From an uncultured Bacilli bacterium (GTDB lineage Bacteria; Bacillota_I; Bacilli_A; RF39; UBA660): 64,000 bases of DNA. The stretch covers positions 677 through 64,676 of the forward strand of contig CAKOPW010000009.1 of the NCBI GenBank assembly GCA_934101115.1, read 5' to 3'. Position 1 is the stretch's first letter; each line of letters opens with the position of its first letter. The position numbers and the translations under genes are program-made. Under the pieces are notes generated by a model. The model did no database searches. It was given only the letters and a program-made list of their open reading frames with translations, and had not been told where the DNA came from. Positions 9,061-18,219 of this stretch are shown here, one piece after another.

Positions 9061-10770
9061 ATGAAAAGTAAATCAATTAATATAATTAAAAAATATTTTT
9101 CATTAGTTGGCTATAAGGACTTTAGTCTGTATGTTTTTATTTTTATATGTTTGATAAATGTTCTTATTGGTTTACTAAAACCTTATTATGAAACATCAAC
9201 TATTGCTTTGATAACTGATGCATCTTATTCGATGGTTCTTAAAAATTTGATAGTGCTTTGTTTTATATTAGTAACAAATAAAACTTTATCTTTTATTACA
9301 AACGTTTTATATGCTAAATATTTTAAAAAGGTTTATTCAAAAATCCATCAAATGTTGGTTAAATCAGTATGTGAATTTGATGAGGATTATGGAAGAAAAA
9401 TTAACAATGGTAAAATTTTAAATTCGTCTAACCATGACATATTAAATATAGCAGAAATACCATCAATTGTTTTTGAAATGTTTATTGAAATAATAAAGTT
9501 GATAATTTTGTTTGTTATATTTTTTAATAAAAGCTTTTTTGCTTTCTGCTATATTATTTTTGTCTTTTTTATTTATTATATTTTTGCAAAAAAGTGTATT
9601 ATTAAATCTAATGAGTCGTTAAGAGAGCAATGTAAATATGCTGATGAATTAACTTCTTTACTTGCTCAATTATTAAGAGGTCTTAAAGATGTCAAAAGTT
9701 TAGGACTTTATTTTAAACTTGAAAATAAAATGCGTGAATTGAGAGTTAAGTGGGAAAGAAGCTATTATCAAAAAAGAAAATATTTAATAGTAAGGAAAAA
9801 TGTTGTTTCGCTTTTTGCGGATCTTGGTAAATTTATCTTAGTTTTTATTTTAATGCATTTTTTGATAAATAAGGAAATTAGTTTAACCATTGTTTTATTG
9901 TTAATATCGTATTATGGAAAAATTAAGGAATCATTAGATACAATTATTTCTTTTTATGTTTCTTTAATGGAAAGATACGTGTCATTTGAACGAGTTAAAG
10001 ATATTATTGAACATAAAAATAATATTTATTTTACTAGTGATACTCTTAGAAAAGATGTATTGGGAGTAGTTGAGTTTAAAAATGTGTCTTTTAAATATGA
10101 AGACAAACTAGTTTTAAATGATGTATCTTTTAAAATTAAAGAAAATTCTTTAGTAACAATTGTTGGTGAATATGGTTCTGGTAAGACAACAATATTTAAT
10201 TTGCTTTTAAGACTTTATAAAATTAGTAGTGGTGAAATATTAATTGATAATTTTGATATATATAAATATTCTAAGGATAAATATAGTTCAATAATAAGTG
10301 TGGTAAACCAAAGTACTTTTATGTTTGATTTTAGTATAAAAGATAATTTGTCTGTAGGGAATTCGACTATAGAAGAACAAATTGAAGTGTGTAAAAAAGT
10401 TGGTATACATGATTACATTATTTCGCTTAAAGATGGTTATGATACTGTACTTAAAGAAAACGCTGATAATCTAAGTGGAGGTCAAAAACAACTTTTATCA
10501 CTTGCAAGAGTGATGCTTATTAATCCTAAAATAATTTTATTTGATGAAGTGACTTCTTCTTTAGATCCAAAAACATCTCATAAAATATTTCAATTAATTA
10601 ACGAATTAAAGAGAAATCATACTATACTTGTTATTACACATAATAAGAAAATTATGAAATTATCTGATAATTTAATACTATTAGAAAAAGGTAAGATTAT
10701 GGGAATTGGCAATCATGACTCTTTAATAGACAATAAAACGTATAAAAATTTAGTCGATACTGTAAATTAG
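9061..10770 (+). CDS. ABC exporter, fused permease/ATP-binding protein
   Basis: N-terminal 6-TM-like hydrophobic domain. Walker A GEYGSGKTT, signature LSGGQKQ, Walker B ILFDEVTSSLD. Confidence 0.85.
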   Translation: MKSKSINIIKKYFSLVGYKDFSLYVFIFICLINVLIGLLKPYYETSTIALITDASYSMVLKNLIVLCFILVTNKTLSFITNVLYAKYFKKVYSKIHQMLVKSVCEFDEDYGRKINNGKILNSSNHDILNIAEIPSIVFEMFIEIIKLIILFVIFFNKSFFAFCYIIFVFFIYYIFAKKCIIKSNESLREQCKYADELTSLLAQLLRGLKDVKSLGLYFKLENKMRELRVKWERSYYQKRKYLIVRKNVVSLFADLGKFILVFILMHFLINKEISLTIVLLLISYYGKIKESLDTIISFYVSLMERYVSFERVKDIIEHKNNIYFTSDTLRKDVLGVVEFKNVSFKYEDKLVLNDVSFKIKENSLVTIVGEYGSGKTTIFNLLLRLYKISSGEILIDNFDIYKYSKDKYSSIISVVNQSTFMFDFSIKDNLSVGNSTIEEQIEVCKKVGIHDYIISLKDGYDTVLKENADNLSGGQKQLLSLARVMLINPKIILFDEVTSSLDPKTSHKIFQLINELKRNHTILVITHNKKIMKLSDNLILLEKGKIMGIGNHDSLIDNKTYKNLVDTVN

Positions 10771-10848
10771 TTGACTCTTTACATAAATATTTACAAATTT
10801 TGCCCCTAAAATCTTTAATTAGGTTATAATTATATTAGGGTGAATGGT

Positions 10849-13092
10849 ATGACAAAACGTAAAAAGAAAAAAAGTGCAAATACAACCAATCCAAAGTTCT
10901 CTGTAGAAATAACTGGATTAATTTTAATACTTATAGGAGTAATTGGTCTTGGTGTTTTTGGACCAGTTGGAAATATTATAAAAGATTTTGCTATATTTTT
11001 ATTTGGTTCATATTATAATATTTTAATTATTCTTTTACTTATTTTAGGAATGTATATGTTATTTAAAAGAAAAATGCCTAAATTCTTTACGGCAAGATTA
11101 ATCGGATTTTATTTGATTTTACTTTCGGGATTAACTTTAGCTCATATGAATTATGTTGAAGGCGGAGAAAAAATAGCCGACGTATTAAACAATTCTATGG
11201 AAGTGTTCCTATCTGTAATTAATGAAAAATTTGTTGGTTTAAGTCAAACAGGTGGAGGAATAATAGGTTTATTTAGTTCATGGGCTTTAGTATCTTTGCT
11301 TGATAAAATTGGAACATATATTATTGTTTCCGTTGTCATAGCTTTTGGATTAATTTTAATGTTTAATATATCGTTGTCAGATTTATTAGATAATTTTGGC
11401 ACTTTTGTTGAAAATCGACGTGAAAAGAGAAAAGAGGCAAAGAAAGCAGCTAAGATAGCTAAGGCAAATAAACAAATGGAAAAAGAAGATGAAGAAGATG
11501 ATGAAGAGGGCGATAAAGTTGTTATTAAATCTGTTGAAGAGTTGAAGAAGTATAAAAATGTTGATGAAGAAGTGCCAGCTCCAACTGCTCCAGTTGCTGA
11601 CGTTCCTCTAATTAGTATTAATTCTAATTATCGTTTACCAAAACTGGATGATGTTTTAGATCCATTAAAGAAAAACAAACGTACCAACAGTGATGAATTT
11701 ATTAAACAAACAAGCATTGCTTTACAAAACGTTCTTGCTGATTTTGGTATAACAGGAAAAGTTGTTGCTGTTCATGAAGGACCTACGGTAACCCAATTTG
11801 AGGTTGCTGTAAAAAATGGTACAAAAGTTAGCAAAATAACTGGCCTTTCTAAAGAAATAGCCTTATCTCTTGCTGCTAAAGATGTCCGTATTGAAGCGCC
11901 AATTCCAGGTAAAACAACGGTTGGAGTTGAAATACCTAATAAGATAACTGTTGGAGTACAAGTAAGAGAGGTAATTCAAGATAAGCAAAAAGAAATGATG
12001 TCAATGAAACTCCCTGTTTCTTTAGGAAAAGATATTAATGGTAATAACTGTATAGCTGATCTTGCTAAAACACCACACTTACTAGTTGCTGGTTCTACTG
12101 GATCAGGTAAATCTGTATGTATAAACTCATTTATCAATAGTTTACTTATTACTAAACGACCAGATGAAGTAAAACTTGTATTGGTTGACCCAAAAAAAGT
12201 TGAACTTTCAAATTATAATGGCGTACCACATCTATTGTGTCCTGTTGTAACTGATCCTAAAAAGGCAAGTATTGCCTTACAAAATATTGTAAAAGAAATG
12301 GAAAAACGTTACGACATGTTTGCTGATGAAAAGGTAAAAAATATAGTTGGATATAATGAAAAAATGAGCGCATTGATGAAGAAAAATCCTGAGGATAAAA
12401 CAATTCATTTAATGAGTTACATTGTAGTAATCATTGATGAACTTGCTGATTTGATGTTAGTTGCATCAAAAGAAGTAGAGGACTCAATTATGAGAATTAC
12501 TCAAATGGCAAGAGCAGCTGGAATTCATTTGATAGTTGCAACTCAAAGACCTTCAACTGATGTTATCACTGGTGTTGTAAAAGCAAATATTCCATCACGT
12601 ATTGCTTTTGCTGTTGCTTCACAAATTGATTCAAGAACTATTCTTGATATGGGTGGTGCTGAAAAACTTTTAGGTAAAGGTGATATGCTTTACAAACCAA
12701 TGGGAGAAAATACTCCGCTTAGAATTCAAGGTAACTTTATAAGTGATGAAGAAATAGAAAGAGTAATCGCCTATACTTCTAAAGAACAAGTTGCCTCATA
12801 TGATGAATCAATTACTCAAATGAGTCAAAATACTGAATCAATTTCAACTGCTGGAGTAGGTGGAAGAGATACTTCAGAAGATGATCCTCTTTACAATGAA
12901 ATTGTTGATTTTGCAATTGAAACTGGTAAAGTATCAGCATCTTTATTACAACGAAGATTTAGACTTGGATATAATCGTGCTGCAAGAATCGTTGATCTAC
13001 TTGAAGAAAGAGGAGTAATTGGACCATCAAATGGTTCAAAACCAAGAGAAGTTTTAATTAAAATGGATAAACAGGAAGATACTGATGATTAG
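10849..13092 (+). CDS. ftsK: DNA translocase FtsK/SpoIIIE
   Basis: N-terminal TM segments and an acidic/basic linker. Walker A GSTGSGKS, IVIIDELADLM, and a gamma winged-helix (LLQRRFRLGYNRAARIVDLLEERGVIG). ATG 10849 preferred over GTG 10840. Confidence 0.9.
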   Translation: MTKRKKKKSANTTNPKFSVEITGLILILIGVIGLGVFGPVGNIIKDFAIFLFGSYYNILIILLLILGMYMLFKRKMPKFFTARLIGFYLILLSGLTLAHMNYVEGGEKIADVLNNSMEVFLSVINEKFVGLSQTGGGIIGLFSSWALVSLLDKIGTYIIVSVVIAFGLILMFNISLSDLLDNFGTFVENRREKRKEAKKAAKIAKANKQMEKEDEEDDEEGDKVVIKSVEELKKYKNVDEEVPAPTAPVADVPLISINSNYRLPKLDDVLDPLKKNKRTNSDEFIKQTSIALQNVLADFGITGKVVAVHEGPTVTQFEVAVKNGTKVSKITGLSKEIALSLAAKDVRIEAPIPGKTTVGVEIPNKITVGVQVREVIQDKQKEMMSMKLPVSLGKDINGNNCIADLAKTPHLLVAGSTGSGKSVCINSFINSLLITKRPDEVKLVLVDPKKVELSNYNGVPHLLCPVVTDPKKASIALQNIVKEMEKRYDMFADEKVKNIVGYNEKMSALMKKNPEDKTIHLMSYIVVIIDELADLMLVASKEVEDSIMRITQMARAAGIHLIVATQRPSTDVITGVVKANIPSRIAFAVASQIDSRTILDMGGAEKLLGKGDMLYKPMGENTPLRIQGNFISDEEIERVIAYTSKEQVASYDESITQMSQNTESISTAGVGGRDTSEDDPLYNEIVDFAIETGKVSASLLQRRFRLGYNRAARIVDLLEERGVIGPSNGSKPREVLIKMDKQEDTDD

Positions 13093-13227
13093 TTCTTCCT
13101 TTTTTATTTGACATCATCAAATTTGACAAAAGTGTTAACTTTGTGTTAAGATAGGTCTCACATATCGAAATAAAGCCTAGTATTTGGTATAATTGATGTG
13201 TAATGTAGAATAAGGGGGATTATAATT

Positions 13228-13647
13228 ATGAAAGGATTTATTCTCGATTACATTAATGAAAATGAGTTTAGAAAATTAGAGAGAGCATTAAAGAAATATA
13301 ATATGCTTGCTTTTAAAAAATTAAATTTTGAATACTACCCATCTTTACGTAAGGGAGAATTTTTAGGTGAATTAGTATCAACTGATACAAAAAAATGTAC
13401 AGAGACCTATGAATTAAAATTACCAAGTGATCATCTATTTACTCAAGTTCATGGTGAAGTAAAATTGAGATATATTGTTTATAAAGATCAAAATGTTGTT
13501 ATGCTTGAAACTATTGAACCAAGAGATATTTTACTTGAGGGACATGTTGCTGAGTTAACGACTTATAAAGGTGTAATGATTTCAAAAGCAAATGCTGATA
13601 AAGATAAATTCATGGTAAATTTATTTTCTGCTATGGATCATAAATAA
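13228..13647 (+). CDS. hypothetical protein
   Basis: 139-aa ORF behind a strong RBS (taagggggat) and an extended -10 (tggtataat). No family recognised. Confidence 0.45.
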   Translation: MKGFILDYINENEFRKLERALKKYNMLAFKKLNFEYYPSLRKGEFLGELVSTDTKKCTETYELKLPSDHLFTQVHGEVKLRYIVYKDQNVVMLETIEPRDILLEGHVAELTTYKGVMISKANADKDKFMVNLFSAMDHK

Positions 13648-13729
13648 AATCTCTTTGGAGATTTTTTTTTGACAAAATTTGAAAATTAATATATTATATA
13701 CAACTATAAAAAGAGGGGAACTTTTGGTT

Positions 13730-13924
13730 ATGGATGTATATAGAAAAAGAGAAAAAATTAAATATAATAATCAATTATTTCAAATTATTGAAAGAAATGA
13801 TAAAAAATTAGGTTTCTTAAAAATAAAATATGATGGAGATAATGTCGTTTATGAATATCCAACAGCTTATGAATTTTTGCATTTAAGCAGTTTCATGAAT
13901 AAAAAAAACAGAATAAAATTCTAG
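13730..13924 (+). CDS. hypothetical small protein (64 aa)
   Basis: ATG 13730 lies behind RBS agagggga. The stop overlaps the stop of the convergent endonuclease gene (ctag). No family recognised. Confidence 0.3.
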   Translation: MDVYRKREKIKYNNQLFQIIERNDKKLGFLKIKYDGDNVVYEYPTAYEFLHLSSFMNKKNRIKF

Positions 13925-14667
13925 TTATTTTTGGAGTTAATAAGTTTAAAGATGGAACTAATGCCATCCTTTTTTATCGCAAAAATTAGTCCTTTATTTC
14001 TGTTTTTTCCAAGTAAATTACTTGAGCGATCAAATCTTAGGGAAATTGTTATCTTTAAATCATCATTTTTGATTGCTTTTATAAAGTTTTCAAAATCTTT
14101 TAAAATATAACAATCAATTTGATAATATCTATAATATAAATTATTATCTTCTTTTTTCTTACTAGCTTTTATTAGCACCATTTTTTTGATTTTAATATCT
14201 GCTCTGGTTTTAATAGTATAAAAGTCAATGTATCCAATTTTATCTATTAAAATTTTATCTTGATTATAAACATAAGTGACTATTCCGTCATCAAGTACTT
14301 TTAATTCAAAGTAGTAATCACCGTATTCTATTAATTCATTGTATTTTAAAGCGAGATTAAATACTTTTCTATCTTTATAAACTCTATCGTAAATTCCATA
14401 GTTGTTTAAAATGTAATCGCTTTCATACTCATGATATCCAATAAATGTAGATGAGAACAAAGAAACTGGAAAGTTACTAAACCTTGTACTTGTTTTTATT
14501 TCTATTTCTTTATAATCTGGAAATATAGAAGTGTTAGGATTTATATTAAGAAGATGCTCGAATGTAAGTCCACAGGAATTATATGGATTATTATTGATCG
14601 CTTTAATATATCCTTTAGAACTAATATCTTTGAATAATTTAATTATATCCTCAAAATCTCTTTTCAT
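13921..14667 (-). CDS. MvaI/BcnI-family (MutH-like) type II restriction endonuclease homolog
   Basis: Co-linear with my recollection of BcnI/MvaI. N-terminal ..KGYIKA.., then GLTFEHLL, a D-x(n)-E-x-K catalytic block (FPDYKEIEIKT), KIKKMVLIKA, and a C-terminal basic segment (GKNRNKGLIFAI). 248 aa. Confidence 0.65.
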   Translation of the reverse strand: MKRDFEDIIKLFKDISSKGYIKAINNNPYNSCGLTFEHLLNINPNTSIFPDYKEIEIKTSTRFSNFPVSLFSSTFIGYHEYESDYILNNYGIYDRVYKDRKVFNLALKYNELIEYGDYYFELKVLDDGIVTYVYNQDKILIDKIGYIDFYTIKTRADIKIKKMVLIKASKKKEDNNLYYRYYQIDCYILKDFENFIKAIKNDDLKITISLRFDRSSNLLGKNRNKGLIFAIKKDGISSIFKLINSKNN

Positions 14668-14769
14668 TATTTCCTCCTTTCATAATTTTGCTATTATAGA
14701 TGGTTGATCTTGTAGTTTTTGTCGAAAAAAGGAATTATTAAGAAAAAGAATATTTTATCAAAAAAGTAC

Positions 14770-14798
14770 TTGCAACCGACCGCCGGTTATGATATATT
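14770..14798 (+). promoter_or_regulatory. sigma-A promoter for the tRNA pair
   Basis: TTGCAA (14770-14775), 17 nt spacer, TATATT (14793-14798), about 30 nt upstream of the first tRNA. Confidence 0.5.
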
Positions 14799-14828
14799 TA
14801 ATGAGTAGTACGTTGGTGACTATAGTTT

Positions 14829-14905
14829 GGATCTTTAGCTCAGTTGGTTAGAGCATCCGGCTCATAACCGGGCGGTCGTAGGTTCGAGTCCTACAAGATC
14901 CACCA
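14829..14905 (+). tRNA. tRNA with CAT anticodon (Met, or Ile2 if lysidine-modified)
   Basis: Acceptor ggatctt/aagatcc, D-arm tagctcagttggttagagca, anticodon loop ctCATaa, T-arm gtaggttcgagtcctac, encoded CCA. The body resembles Ile-type tRNAs. Confidence 0.9.
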
Positions 14906-14913
14906 TTTATTGT

Positions 14914-14998
14914 GCAGGTATGGCGGAATTGGCAGACGCGCTAGACTTAGGATCTAGTGGAGTGATTCGTGCAGGTTCAAGTCCTGTTACCTGCACCA
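14914..14998 (+). tRNA. tRNA-Leu (TAG)
   Basis: Acceptor gcaggta/tacctgc, anticodon loop ctTAGga, long variable arm, T-arm gcaggttcaagtcctgt, encoded CCA. Confidence 0.9.
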
Positions 14999-15042
14999 TT
15001 GATAAACTAATTAGACCTTTTAGGTTTAATTAAATAGAAGAG

Positions 15043-15068
15043 AGAACTTGAAAATAGTTCTTTTTTTT
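15043..15068 (+). terminator. rho-independent terminator after the tRNA pair
   Basis: Stem agaact (15043-15048) pairs with agttct (15056-15061), followed by T8. Confidence 0.6.
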
Positions 15069-15155
15069 GTTATCAAACAAAAATTGAGGTTCAAATGAAA
15101 AAATATTTACTATATAACATTATCTTTTATATGACTTAAATCAAATAAGTTTTTT

Positions 15156-15184
15156 TTGATTTTATTTGTGAAAAATTGTAAAAT
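15156..15184 (+). promoter_or_regulatory. putative sigma-A promoter (extended -10)
   Basis: TTGATT (15156-15161), 17 nt spacer ending in TG, TAAAAT (15179-15184). Confidence 0.4.
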
Positions 15185-15209
15185 AAATTTTATGAAAGAA
15201 GACGTCAAA

Positions 15210-15767
15210 ATGGTAATTAAGACTATACAAGATAATATATTTAACACTGATGCAAAACACATTGCTTTTGCTATAAACACTGAGGGGTACAATGATTTTG
15301 GTTTTGCTGGTAAGGTATCCGATAATTATTGGCCTGAGATAGCAAATTGTGGAAAACATGAATTGGGTACTGTTATATCAAAAACGGTTGGAGATAAAAC
15401 TTTTCATGCATTAGTTTGTCATTCTTTAAAATATGGCTGGGGAGACAATCAAGATGAGATTATTAAAATGTGTTTTGACACAATAGATTCTAATGGTGAG
15501 CCAATTGCAACAGTTGCTATAGGAACAGGTTTAATTGGTGTTACAAGTGGTGCCAATGTTCCCGAAATTTTTTGCGGCATGCATGAATCCAAACAACAAA
15601 TCATGTTGTATTCTAGATTTTCATTAGATTTCGTTATAGATTGTTATAATAGCGAAAAAGAAACAAGAATAGTAAGAGAAGATTTAGTTGAGGAAACAGC
15701 TGCTGAAACCTTGAGCACTTTACCGGAAAAGACTATGAAAAAAGTTTTAGAAAATAAAGGCAAATAA
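15210..15767 (+). CDS. macro-domain-like protein (putative ADP-ribose binding/hydrolase)
   Basis: IQDNIFNTDAKHIAFAINTEGYNDFGFAGKV ... ATVAIGTGLIGVTSGANV follows the macro pattern (GDIF...D.IVH..N..G.MG.G.A ... P.IG.GL.GG). The start is ambiguous (ATG 15192 or 15210). Confidence 0.45.
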   Translation: MVIKTIQDNIFNTDAKHIAFAINTEGYNDFGFAGKVSDNYWPEIANCGKHELGTVISKTVGDKTFHALVCHSLKYGWGDNQDEIIKMCFDTIDSNGEPIATVAIGTGLIGVTSGANVPEIFCGMHESKQQIMLYSRFSLDFVIDCYNSEKETRIVREDLVEETAAETLSTLPEKTMKKVLENKGK

Positions 15768-15842
15768 CCATTTTCACTCCACAAAGTTGACAAAACTAGA
15801 AAAAAATATATAATATTCTAATGAGAAGAGGGGAGTACTTTT

Positions 15843-17318
15843 ATGAAAAATATTTTAACTATAGGAAAAAAAGGAAAAACAAGTGGAGATTTTTGTGCTA
15901 ATATTACTCCAGACTATTGCAATCTGGTTGCTTTTATAGATTTAGAAAATGATGACTTGCTTGAAAAATTATCACATCATGATTTAATAATAAATGATGT
16001 AATGGAAAATTCATTTCTTGAACCACAAGAAGCAAAAGATTATTTATCTACACTATTTGGATATGAAAATATTATTGATGCGTTTGATTATGTGGATTTA
16101 GATGTTGGTTTAAATGATTTAACAATTCCAAAAAGTTTATTAGCTAAAAACCCTTGGATTAAATCAAAAAAGATAATTTTAACTAGCGATGAAGTTTCTG
16201 TGAATGAGGCAATTGAACTTGCTAATCAATATGCTGAGTATAAAAATCAACTTGTTTTTAAGTTAAAGGGAAACAAGGAATATGTTTCGTATGAAGATGT
16301 TTTAAAGATGAATGAAATTTTAGAACATTATGTGCAAGCAATAAAATCCTGTAGTTTAACTAGTCAACTTGAGCTAATCATGTTATCTTACGATATTGAC
16401 AGAAAAATTGTATATGGAAGTTTTGATGAAACACAAAGTGAAGAAATAGATACTTTTGATAAAATTTATAATACAAATTCTGTTCAATTAAATTTTGCTT
16501 TGTTGTTTTCCGAAATTTTAAACTATTTAGGTATCAATTCAAAAATTGTAAAGCAATCTTCTGAAATAAATCGAAATAAAAAACTTTCTAGAGTATCAAT
16601 ATATATAAAAGATGACAAATATAATGTCGATGGTATATATTTCTTTGATCCGTTTCTTGATTGTATGAAAGGCTTGGAAGAAAAGAAATATCCTACATTA
16701 TATAATTACTTTTTAAAAACTGCAGACGAGGTAGAAAAGCGTGATAAAGAAAGATTTCCGTGGGAAAAATTTGAGTCTAGGGAACGAATTGAAAATGATG
16801 AGATTAAAGGATTATCTATGCCAGAAATTCAAACTTTAGGTGCTTCAAAATGGAAATATATTGAAAATTTATACGAAATTGTTACTGGAGATCATTTTGA
16901 TTTTGTCCAAACTGTTCTTATCAGTTCTGAAGAGGAAAAGAAAGCATTTATTAGTAAAGTAAATGAATTTGAAACCATGATGAATAAGCCTATTGATACG
17001 AAAACTAGGTTAAGTCTTTTTGATAATGTTAGAAGAGCTGAATACTATTACAATATAAATTCTTTAGATTACAATGTTGAAGATATGTTAGAGGCAATGG
17101 AATCTAGCGGTTGGAACATTGATGAGTCTGAAATATCTCCAAAAGACTTAAATAAAAGAGATAAAGAACTTTTAGGATTATTTGGTGGAGTAAGTTATAA
17201 AGTGATTGGACTTCGTAAATATATTAAAGAACAAAACGTTGAAAGAAAAATTAGTGGCGTAAGATTAACTAAAGTATTAAAAGAGTATTCAAAAAATAAA
17301 GAAAATGACTGTATGTAA
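15843..17318 (+). CDS. hypothetical protein (491 aa) with a possible degenerate transglutaminase-like core
   Basis: Own promoter (TTGACA-16-TATAAT at about 15788-15815) and RBS gaggggag. The segment NFALLFSEILNYLGINSKIV ... SRVSIYI ... IYFFDPF resembles a TGase-like fold, but the Cys and His positions are not conserved. Confidence 0.5.
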   Translation: MKNILTIGKKGKTSGDFCANITPDYCNLVAFIDLENDDLLEKLSHHDLIINDVMENSFLEPQEAKDYLSTLFGYENIIDAFDYVDLDVGLNDLTIPKSLLAKNPWIKSKKIILTSDEVSVNEAIELANQYAEYKNQLVFKLKGNKEYVSYEDVLKMNEILEHYVQAIKSCSLTSQLELIMLSYDIDRKIVYGSFDETQSEEIDTFDKIYNTNSVQLNFALLFSEILNYLGINSKIVKQSSEINRNKKLSRVSIYIKDDKYNVDGIYFFDPFLDCMKGLEEKKYPTLYNYFLKTADEVEKRDKERFPWEKFESRERIENDEIKGLSMPEIQTLGASKWKYIENLYEIVTGDHFDFVQTVLISSEEEKKAFISKVNEFETMMNKPIDTKTRLSLFDNVRRAEYYYNINSLDYNVEDMLEAMESSGWNIDESEISPKDLNKRDKELLGLFGGVSYKVIGLRKYIKEQNVERKISGVRLTKVLKEYSKNKENDCM

Positions 17319-17333
17319 AGTACAGTTTTTTTT
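17307..17333 (+). terminator. rho-independent terminator
   Basis: Stem gactgta (17307-17313) pairs with tacagt (17321-17326), followed by T8. The hairpin includes the stop codon. Confidence 0.6.
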
Positions 17334-17423
17334 ATAATTTTTTCATATAATATATTAAGTTGCATCTTGTATTTTTCTAAAGTTATTGATATATTTTTAT
17401 TGTAAGATAGTGGAGGTGGTAGT

Positions 17424-18173
17424 ATGGTCCATTTAACTTACGTAGAAAATCCATTTGACAAAGATTTTTTTACTTCTTTATCAAAATATGCAGACGAAAA
17501 AAGCTTTTATGATTGTGTTAATAAACGATTTGTTGATGAAGAAGCTTTTAAAAACTTGGAGTATGGATTCCGTATGTATATGCTTACTGGTGACAGTAAT
17601 GAATGGATAGGTTTTGTTTTGTTTTCAAATGAAAATAGAGTTAAAGGTTTAAGATATTATGCTTATAGTTACTTTTTAGAATGCCTAGATCGATTAGAAG
17701 AATTAATTCCAAGTGATATAACACAAGAGATAGTTAAATTGGTAACAGATCAAAAGAATCAAAATGTATTATTTAATACAATCGATGAAAGTTTTGAGAA
17801 TTTGTCTTCAATTATCAACCCATCAATTATTGATTTAGAGAAGAAATCATATAGGAAAAAACTTGATGATGTATTAAATGAGTTTGCTGACTATATGTAT
17901 TTGGATACTTTTATATCCCTTCCAAATGATGAAAAAATTAAGATACGACTAGAAAATGAGACAAGCAATTTAGATGAAAATCAATTAGTTGAGAAAAAAT
18001 ATTATGGTTTTATTCAAGAAACTCTTGGCTTGGTTGAAAACTTGATACAAAACTCTTTTAATGGAATACATATTATTTTAAAACAAGAAGGTACAAATAT
18101 ATTTTTAGTAGAGACAAGTAGTTTTGTCGAAGATAAAGAACTTACAAAAGTTTTAATAAATCAAGAAGAATAA
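17424..18173 (+). CDS. hypothetical protein (249 aa)
   Basis: ATG lies behind RBS gtggaggtgg and is bracketed by terminators. No family recognised. Confidence 0.5.
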   Translation: MVHLTYVENPFDKDFFTSLSKYADEKSFYDCVNKRFVDEEAFKNLEYGFRMYMLTGDSNEWIGFVLFSNENRVKGLRYYAYSYFLECLDRLEELIPSDITQEIVKLVTDQKNQNVLFNTIDESFENLSSIINPSIIDLEKKSYRKKLDDVLNEFADYMYLDTFISLPNDEKIKIRLENETSNLDENQLVEKKYYGFIQETLGLVENLIQNSFNGIHIILKQEGTNIFLVETSSFVEDKELTKVLINQEE

Positions 18174-18198
18174 TAGAACTGGTTCTATTATTTTTTTT
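18172..18198 (+). terminator. rho-independent terminator
   Basis: Stem aatagaac (18172-18179) pairs with gttctatt (18182-18189), followed by a T-run. Confidence 0.65.
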
Positions 18199-18219
18199 GC
18201 AGAAATATGCGAACAATTG

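Noticed and set aside
14700-15100. The tRNA pair as an integration site of a mobile island (looked for an integrase, transposase and a duplicated tRNA 3' end).
   Set aside because: There is no recombinase gene in the flanks and no repeat of the tRNA 3' segment noticed by eye. Only the accessory-like gene content remains, and it is reported separately as an inference.
15095-15139. A 14-codon ORF behind a weak RBS (tgagg), downstream of the tRNA terminator.
   Set aside because: It is too short and has no supporting signal. It probably arises by chance in AT-rich spacer.
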